64,000 nt of DNA from Mycobacterium sp. (GTDB lineage Bacteria; Actinomycetota; Actinomycetes; RYN-182): contig JAOPWU010000149.1 of the NCBI GenBank assembly GCA_025965515.1, positions 430 through 64,429 of the forward strand, written 5' to 3'. A program made the position numbers and the translations under genes. The notes under the pieces are model-generated. The model made no database searches. It was not told where the DNA came from and saw only the letters and a program-made list of their open reading frames with translations. Positions 59,209 to 64,000 of this stretch are shown in pieces. Numbering within the stretch: position 1 is the first letter of the stretch; the number at the start of each line of letters is the position of its first letter.

Positions 59209-62200
59209 GGCTGCCTGCGGCGGTGCCGTCGCGAGCAGGCACGGCGACGCCGATCGTCCGTCAGGTCGAGGACGCCGACTGCGGGCCCACCTGCCTCAGC
59301 ATCCTCCTGGCACACCACGGCATCCACGTCCCGTCCGCCACGGTGCGCGCACAGTGTGGGGCGTCCCGCGACGGGTCGACCGCGGCGGACCTTACGCGCG
59401 TGGGCCGGCTCCACGGGGTGGAGATCCGTGGCATCCGTCTGACGGGGGTCGCCGCGGGGCGCGATGACAGCCTCGCAGCAGTGCTGTCGACGGTGCGACG
59501 GCTGCCACTGCCCGCGATCGCGCTGCTCGGCGATAGCCACTTCGTCGTCCTGGAAGCCGTCCGACGGGGCGACCGGGTAGAGCTCAACGATCCCGCCCGT
59601 GGTCGCACCGCCCTCTCGGGACCAGATTTTGTGGCCGCGTTCAGCGGTGTCCTGCTCACGGCCACGGCCACGGCCGCCACCGCCACCGGACTGCAGGGCC
59701 ACACCCCGAGGCGCCACCAGGGCGAGTGGGTGCGCGTCTGCGCGGGCTGGCTCGCGCCCGTGCGCGGTCCGGTCGTGCTGTCGGCCGGTATGGCGTTGGG
59801 CGTGGGCTGCTGTGCAGCGGGCTGCCTCGCCGTCCTGCAGCAGGTCGCCCGCGCGCGGACCGACGGACGCAGCGGCACCGCGGCTGTCGTGCCTGCAGCC
59901 GCTTTGCTGCTCACCCTGCTCGCCGCGTCGCTCGGGTACGCACGACGGCGCCTTGTCACCAGCAGCACCGCGCGCCTGGCTGCTGGGCGCTCGCGGGAGC
60001 TGCTCGACCGGCTGCTGCTGCTGCCGGCCTCCTTCACGGATCGACGCTCCGCGGCGACCCTGCTGGTGCAGGTCCGCTTTGCCGGAACGGCGGGGACCCT
60101 GCTCGCCCTCAAGGTTGCAGCGCTGGTTGGCGCGGTGGCGTTCCTGGTGCCCGTGGTGGTTCTGGTCGGGGTCGTGGCACCGACCCTGCTGGTCGTGGCG
60201 GGGGTGGGGGGCGGTGCCGCGTGGTTGCTTCGGCGCACGGGGGACCGCCGGACGGCGGCCCCGTCGCGGCTCGTCGCGGGAGACCTCGCCCGGCGCTCCG
60301 CGACGGCACGCGTGGCGCTCGCCCGGGGGATCACCCTGCACGCGGACGGATCGGCGGACGACCTGCGCGCCGAGTTGGCCGAGGAGGGCCGACGCGATGT
60401 CCGCACCCGCCGCGAGCTGGCAGTGGGACAGGGTCCGTGGCGGGCGGCCGCTGCGGCGGTGGAGGTCGTCACGCTCGCCGCAGCGGGGTCCCAGGTCGTG
60501 GCCGGGGAGGCCCCCACGATCGGCTTGATCCTGGCCGTCCCGCTGCTGCTGGTGCACGTCCGCGAGGTGGGCGGCCTGCTAGGGGAATTGCCGGACTTCA
60601 CCGCCCGGCTGGAGGTGCTGGACGACATATGCGGCGCCGAGCCCGAGCCGCAGCCCGGCCGGGGACCCGGCGCACCGGACGACGGCAGGCTGCGCGGACG
60701 GGTCGAGCTGCTCGGTCTCACATTCGGATACAGCTCCCGCCGCACCCTGGTCGGCCCGGTCAGCAGCCGCATCGAACCGGGTCGTCGTGCGGTCGTTGTG
60801 GCGCCTCCCGGCGGCGGCGGCTCGACCCTCGTACGGCTGCTGCTCGGGGCCTTGCGGCCGACGGCAGGAGCGGTATTGCTGGACGGCGTCCCGGTGCACG
60901 AGGTCCCCCGGGCTGTGCTGCGACGTTCGGTCGGTTACGTCGCGCAACGGCCCGCGTTCTTCCCGGCGACGGTGCACGAGAACGTCACCATGTTCGACAC
61001 CTCGGTCCGACCGGAGCAGGTACAGGCGACATTGCGGGCGGTCGGCCTCGCGGACGTCGTCGATCGTCGCGGTGGCGCGCTCGTGGCCCGGGTCGCGCCC
61101 GGCGCAGCCAACTTCTCGGAAGGGGAGCGTCGGCTCCTCGCCCTGGCGCGCGCGCTGGTGCGGGACCCCTCCCTCCTGCTGCTGGACGAGCCGGTCGGCA
61201 CGTCCGACGGGGCCCTGGCCCGACGGATCGACGGACTGCTGCGTTCCCGCCGGGTCACCACCGTCCTTGTGACCCGGCGACCCGACCTCATCGGGCCGGA
61301 TGACACCGCCCTTGTCCTGCGCGACGGGCGGTTCGTCCCGTCCGCGGACCGCGGGCCCGGCTGGGACGGCGTGCCCAGCGCCCCGTCACGAGCGCTGCAC
61401 GGTGAGCCCGGCGGACGGCCGTCGATCGCCGCGCCCGAGGTGCCCGAGGTGGTCGGCGGCGACCCCGTTCCTGGCGTGGCGGCGGGGGCAGCGGCGTCGT
61501 GGGAAGGGTGTCGCCGCCGCGTGGCAGCTCGCGGCGCCGTCGCCCTTGCCATGACGGGCGTCGTCGGCGCCCTGGTCTGTGCCCTGCCGGTGGCTGCCGC
61601 CGAGACGGCCCGCACTGCCGGACCCGCCGTGCTCGCGGTGGTCGCCGGGGCAGCCATCGCCCTGACGGGCTTACTCCGGGTCCGCGGGTCCGCGGCCGAG
61701 GCGATTGAGGCGGCGCTGCAGCAGGTCGTGGAGCCGGCGATCTGGGCGCGGCTGCTGGCCCCGCGTGCGCGCCGGTGGCTCCTGTCGGCGCCGGACGCGC
61801 TGGTCCGCACCGGTAGCTGCATCTCCCGCTTGCGGTCGCTGACTGCCCCGGCCGCACTGGACGCGGCGGACGGCGCGGCGGTCCTGCTGATCGCCGTCCT
61901 GGCGTTGGTGGCGACGCATCAGGACGCTGGTCTCGCTGGGGCGACCGTGGTGGTCCTGCTCGTGGGGGCATCGGTGGTCGTCGCCGCCCGGGCCCCGTCC
62001 CTCCCAGACGGGGCGGATGCGGCCGAAGCCCTGCTCCGGGCCGTGCCCGGCGGGCTCGACGAGATCCACCTCGGGATCGCCGAGGAGGCGGTCGCGGCTC
62101 GCGTCACCGGCCCGGTGTGCGCTGGGACAGCAGCGCGGGGGACGTCCGCGGCCCACAGCGAAGCCCTGCTGGGCGCATTCGCGGCGTCGCTCTTCCCGGC

Positions 62201-63221
62201 GCTCGTGACAGCTGTTGCCGCTGCGGTGTGGTGGCGGTCGACACCGGCTTCCGGTCTCCTCACCGGATGCCTGCTGCTGGCGCCGGTCCTATTGGTGGTG
62301 GCCCGGTGTGACGCCGTGGTGCGATCCGTCGGCATCGTCGGCCGTGGTCTGGTGCGTGAGGCCCGCGACGTGGTCGCGTCCGCAGCGCCGCCCACCGCCC
62401 CGGCGATGGCTGTGTCGGGCCCGCAGGCCCGTCGGGTCGGCGGGGCGCCGGGGACGGCCGTCGACCTCTGCGGCGTCTCGCTGCGCTACGCGACCCCCGG
62501 ACTGGCTGCGCCAGGGCTCCCCGCCGTGGCTGAGGTGACGCTGACGGTGGCCCCCGGCGAGTTCGTCGTGCTGGTGGGCGCGTCGGGGGCAGGTGCCTCC
62601 TCCCTCCTCCGGCTCCTGGCAGGTCTGGAGGAACCGGACAGCGGGATCGTGCTGCACGACGGGACGCCGCTTACCGCGCCGGGCGTTTCTTCGGTCCGCC
62701 CCGGCACCGCCCTGCTCGTGCAGGACGCCGACGTGCCACGGGGAACCGTCCGATCGGTGCTCCTCGGCCACGGCGGCTCGGCGGCACCTCAGGACGCAGT
62801 TGCCTGGGCGCTGCTGCGTGCGGTCGGTCTCGAGGACGAGATCCGGGGACTGCCCATGGGTCTGGCGACCGTGGTCCCCAGCGGGTCAGGGGGTTTCGCC
62901 GCCGGACAGCTGCGGCGGTTGGCACTGGCCCGGGCGCTGCGACGTGGCACGCGACTGCTGCTGCTGGACCAGCCGGTCGCGCCCGCCGATCCGGACATCG
63001 GCCGGCTGGCCACCGTGCTGCGCGACCGGCGGGGCACGACGCGCGTCGTCGCCACGGCGGCCCCCGAGCTCGCGTGGGCCGCTGATCGGGTCGTGGTGCT
63101 GTCCGGGGGGAGGGTCGCCCAGGAGGGACGCCCGGATCACCTCCTGCGGACCGGAGGTCCCTGCGGCCGGCTGTTCCCGGATGACCTGTGCCTCACCCGC
63201 CCGCGTTTCCGACAGACCTGA
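59205..63221 (+). CDS. C39 peptidase-domain fused double ABC transporter (two TMD-NBD halves), both NBDs with degenerate Walker A/H-loop
   Basis: ATGA overlap with P450 stop; N-terminal C39 (EDADCGPTCLSILLAHHG); two ABC signature/Walker B regions (FSEGERRLLALARAL + LLLLDEPVG; GGFAAGQLRRLALARAL + LLLLDQPVA); Walker A positions read APPGGGGSTL and GASGAGASSL with no Lys. Confidence 0.8.
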   Translation: MRLPAAVPSRAGTATPIVRQVEDADCGPTCLSILLAHHGIHVPSATVRAQCGASRDGSTAADLTRVGRLHGVEIRGIRLTGVAAGRDDSLAAVLSTVRRLPLPAIALLGDSHFVVLEAVRRGDRVELNDPARGRTALSGPDFVAAFSGVLLTATATAATATGLQGHTPRRHQGEWVRVCAGWLAPVRGPVVLSAGMALGVGCCAAGCLAVLQQVARARTDGRSGTAAVVPAAALLLTLLAASLGYARRRLVTSSTARLAAGRSRELLDRLLLLPASFTDRRSAATLLVQVRFAGTAGTLLALKVAALVGAVAFLVPVVVLVGVVAPTLLVVAGVGGGAAWLLRRTGDRRTAAPSRLVAGDLARRSATARVALARGITLHADGSADDLRAELAEEGRRDVRTRRELAVGQGPWRAAAAAVEVVTLAAAGSQVVAGEAPTIGLILAVPLLLVHVREVGGLLGELPDFTARLEVLDDICGAEPEPQPGRGPGAPDDGRLRGRVELLGLTFGYSSRRTLVGPVSSRIEPGRRAVVVAPPGGGGSTLVRLLLGALRPTAGAVLLDGVPVHEVPRAVLRRSVGYVAQRPAFFPATVHENVTMFDTSVRPEQVQATLRAVGLADVVDRRGGALVARVAPGAANFSEGERRLLALARALVRDPSLLLLDEPVGTSDGALARRIDGLLRSRRVTTVLVTRRPDLIGPDDTALVLRDGRFVPSADRGPGWDGVPSAPSRALHGEPGGRPSIAAPEVPEVVGGDPVPGVAAGAAASWEGCRRRVAARGAVALAMTGVVGALVCALPVAAAETARTAGPAVLAVVAGAAIALTGLLRVRGSAAEAIEAALQQVVEPAIWARLLAPRARRWLLSAPDALVRTGSCISRLRSLTAPAALDAADGAAVLLIAVLALVATHQDAGLAGATVVVLLVGASVVVAARAPSLPDGADAAEALLRAVPGGLDEIHLGIAEEAVAARVTGPVCAGTAARGTSAAHSEALLGAFAASLFPALVTAVAAAVWWRSTPASGLLTGCLLLAPVLLVVARCDAVVRSVGIVGRGLVREARDVVASAAPPTAPAMAVSGPQARRVGGAPGTAVDLCGVSLRYATPGLAAPGLPAVAEVTLTVAPGEFVVLVGASGAGASSLLRLLAGLEEPDSGIVLHDGTPLTAPGVSSVRPGTALLVQDADVPRGTVRSVLLGHGGSAAPQDAVAWALLRAVGLEDEIRGLPMGLATVVPSGSGGFAAGQLRRLALARALRRGTRLLLLDQPVAPADPDIGRLATVLRDRRGTTRVVATAAPELAWAADRVVVLSGGRVAQEGRPDHLLRTGGPCGRLFPDDLCLTRPRFRQT

Positions 63222-63230
63222 GAGGGACCC

Positions 63231-64000
63231 ATGGGCAAAGTCGTTCGCTTCAAGCGCAGCTCTCGCGCAGACGTCGTGGCCGGCGACGGCGTGTACCTGA
63301 CGTCCGAGCGGTCGGGCCAGTACCGGCTGCAGGGTCGCCTCGTCGAGCGGCTGGCGCCGCTGCTCGACGGCGCCCGCAGCCGGGCGGAGGTCGCCGCGGC
63401 CCTGGCCGCCGAGTACCCGGCGGCCCGCGTCGATGCGGTCCTGGACACGCTCGTCGAGGCGGGGCACGTCGTGGACGTTGCGGCCGAGGTAGACCACCGT
63501 GCGGCTGGCTTCTGGGAGATGCACGGCCTGGGCGGCGACGCGGCGCTGAGTGCGGTGGGGGTCGGCTCAGTGGAGTTGGTCCGGCTGGGGGACGTGGACA
63601 CCGTTGGCTTTCGGGAGGCCGCGCAGGAGGCCGGTCTGAGTGTGCGTGGCGCCACCGGTGATCCTGCCGCGCTGACGGTCGTCCTCGTGGACGACTACCT
63701 CAACCCCGAATTGCAAGCCTTCAACGAGCGGGCGCTCGGCGCGGGCCGTGCCTGGCTCCTCGCGAAGCCGATCGGCGGGATGGTCTGGGCGGGCCCGGTC
63801 TTCGAGCCTGGCCGCACCGCGTGCTGGTTCTGCCTGGCTGCACGGCTGAGCTCCAACCAGATGGTCATGACCTACCTGAAGCAGCGGAACGGGTTGGCCT
63901 CGCCGCCGGTCACCGCCCTGGCCGATCTGCCCGCGACGCGAGCGATCGGCGCCCGGCTCGCGGCGTTGCAGGCCGCGTCGTGGTTCGCCGGTGCGCTGGA
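63231..64000 (+). CDS. TOMM-type cyclodehydratase docking/scaffold (E1-like, leader-peptide-binding) protein, 5' portion (truncated by window end)
   Basis: GAGAGGG RBS; N-terminus DGVYLTSERSGQYRLQGRLVERLAPLLDGARSRAEVAAALA matches the remembered TIGR03882 bacteriocin cyclodehydratase domain start (...vfLlserg..vlrGrly..l.plLDGtrt..ei...l). Confidence 0.6.
   Translation, partial: MGKVVRFKRSSRADVVAGDGVYLTSERSGQYRLQGRLVERLAPLLDGARSRAEVAAALAAEYPAARVDAVLDTLVEAGHVVDVAAEVDHRAAGFWEMHGLGGDAALSAVGVGSVELVRLGDVDTVGFREAAQEAGLSVRGATGDPAALTVVLVDDYLNPELQAFNERALGAGRAWLLAKPIGGMVWAGPVFEPGRTACWFCLAARLSSNQMVMTYLKQRNGLASPPVTALADLPATRAIGARLAALQAASWFAGAL

Noticed and set aside
1-64000. CRISPR arrays, integrons, rRNA operons, prophage genes
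   Set aside because: No direct-repeat/spacer periodicity, no integrase, phage structural or rRNA-like sequence noticed on reading through.

Overview
High-GC (about 70-72%) actinobacterial chromosomal window with dense coding and many overlapping start/stop codons. The six-frame track also contains many long R/P/G-rich antisense ORFs, which I treated as high-GC artefacts. I found no rRNA, tRNA or CRISPR array.

Roughly 0.7-18.9 kb is a single-strand catabolic island, in gene order: a 2-oxoacid dehydrogenase complex (E1alpha, E1beta, E2, E3); an Asp/Glu-racemase-family protein; RidA; a DadA-like FAD dehydrogenase; an SDR; a five-gene Liv-type branched-chain amino-acid ABC transporter; a divergent GntR regulator; an OYE-like flavin oxidoreductase; an acyl-CoA dehydrogenase; and a phosphotransferase. 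It is followed by a decayed IS3-like transposase remnant.

The middle of the window holds housekeeping and accessory genes: an LplA-like ligase; DinB-like and cupin proteins; an AKR; a GMC oxidoreductase; asparagine synthetase AsnB with a GGCT-like gene; an SRPBCC protein; a GAF-PAS-GGDEF diguanylate cyclase with HDOD and sirtuin neighbours; MFS pumps; a 2OG oxygenase; an MBL hydrolase; a methyltransferase; and VIT1.

An NlpC/P60 endopeptidase is preceded by a candidate ydaO-type (c-di-AMP) riboswitch, and is followed by a complete NAGGN osmoprotectant cluster (asnO-ngg-M42 peptidase).

Two loci stand out as possibly novel. The first (about 50.7-54.6 kb) is an orphan FtsK/SpoIIIE (EccC/EssC-like) ATPase lacking transmembrane segments, translationally coupled to a small membrane protein and followed by an 85-aa WXG100-like helical protein. 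This is a minimal T7SS-like or otherwise undescribed module.

The second (about 57.4 kb to the window end, truncated) is a RiPP cluster with these parts: two tandem paralogous 54-aa precursor peptides (double-Gly-type leaders and Cys/Ser/Thr-rich 24-aa cores); a cytochrome P450; a C39-peptidase double-ABC fusion whose two nucleotide-binding domains both lack the Walker A lysine; and a TOMM-type cyclodehydratase docking (E1-like) protein.
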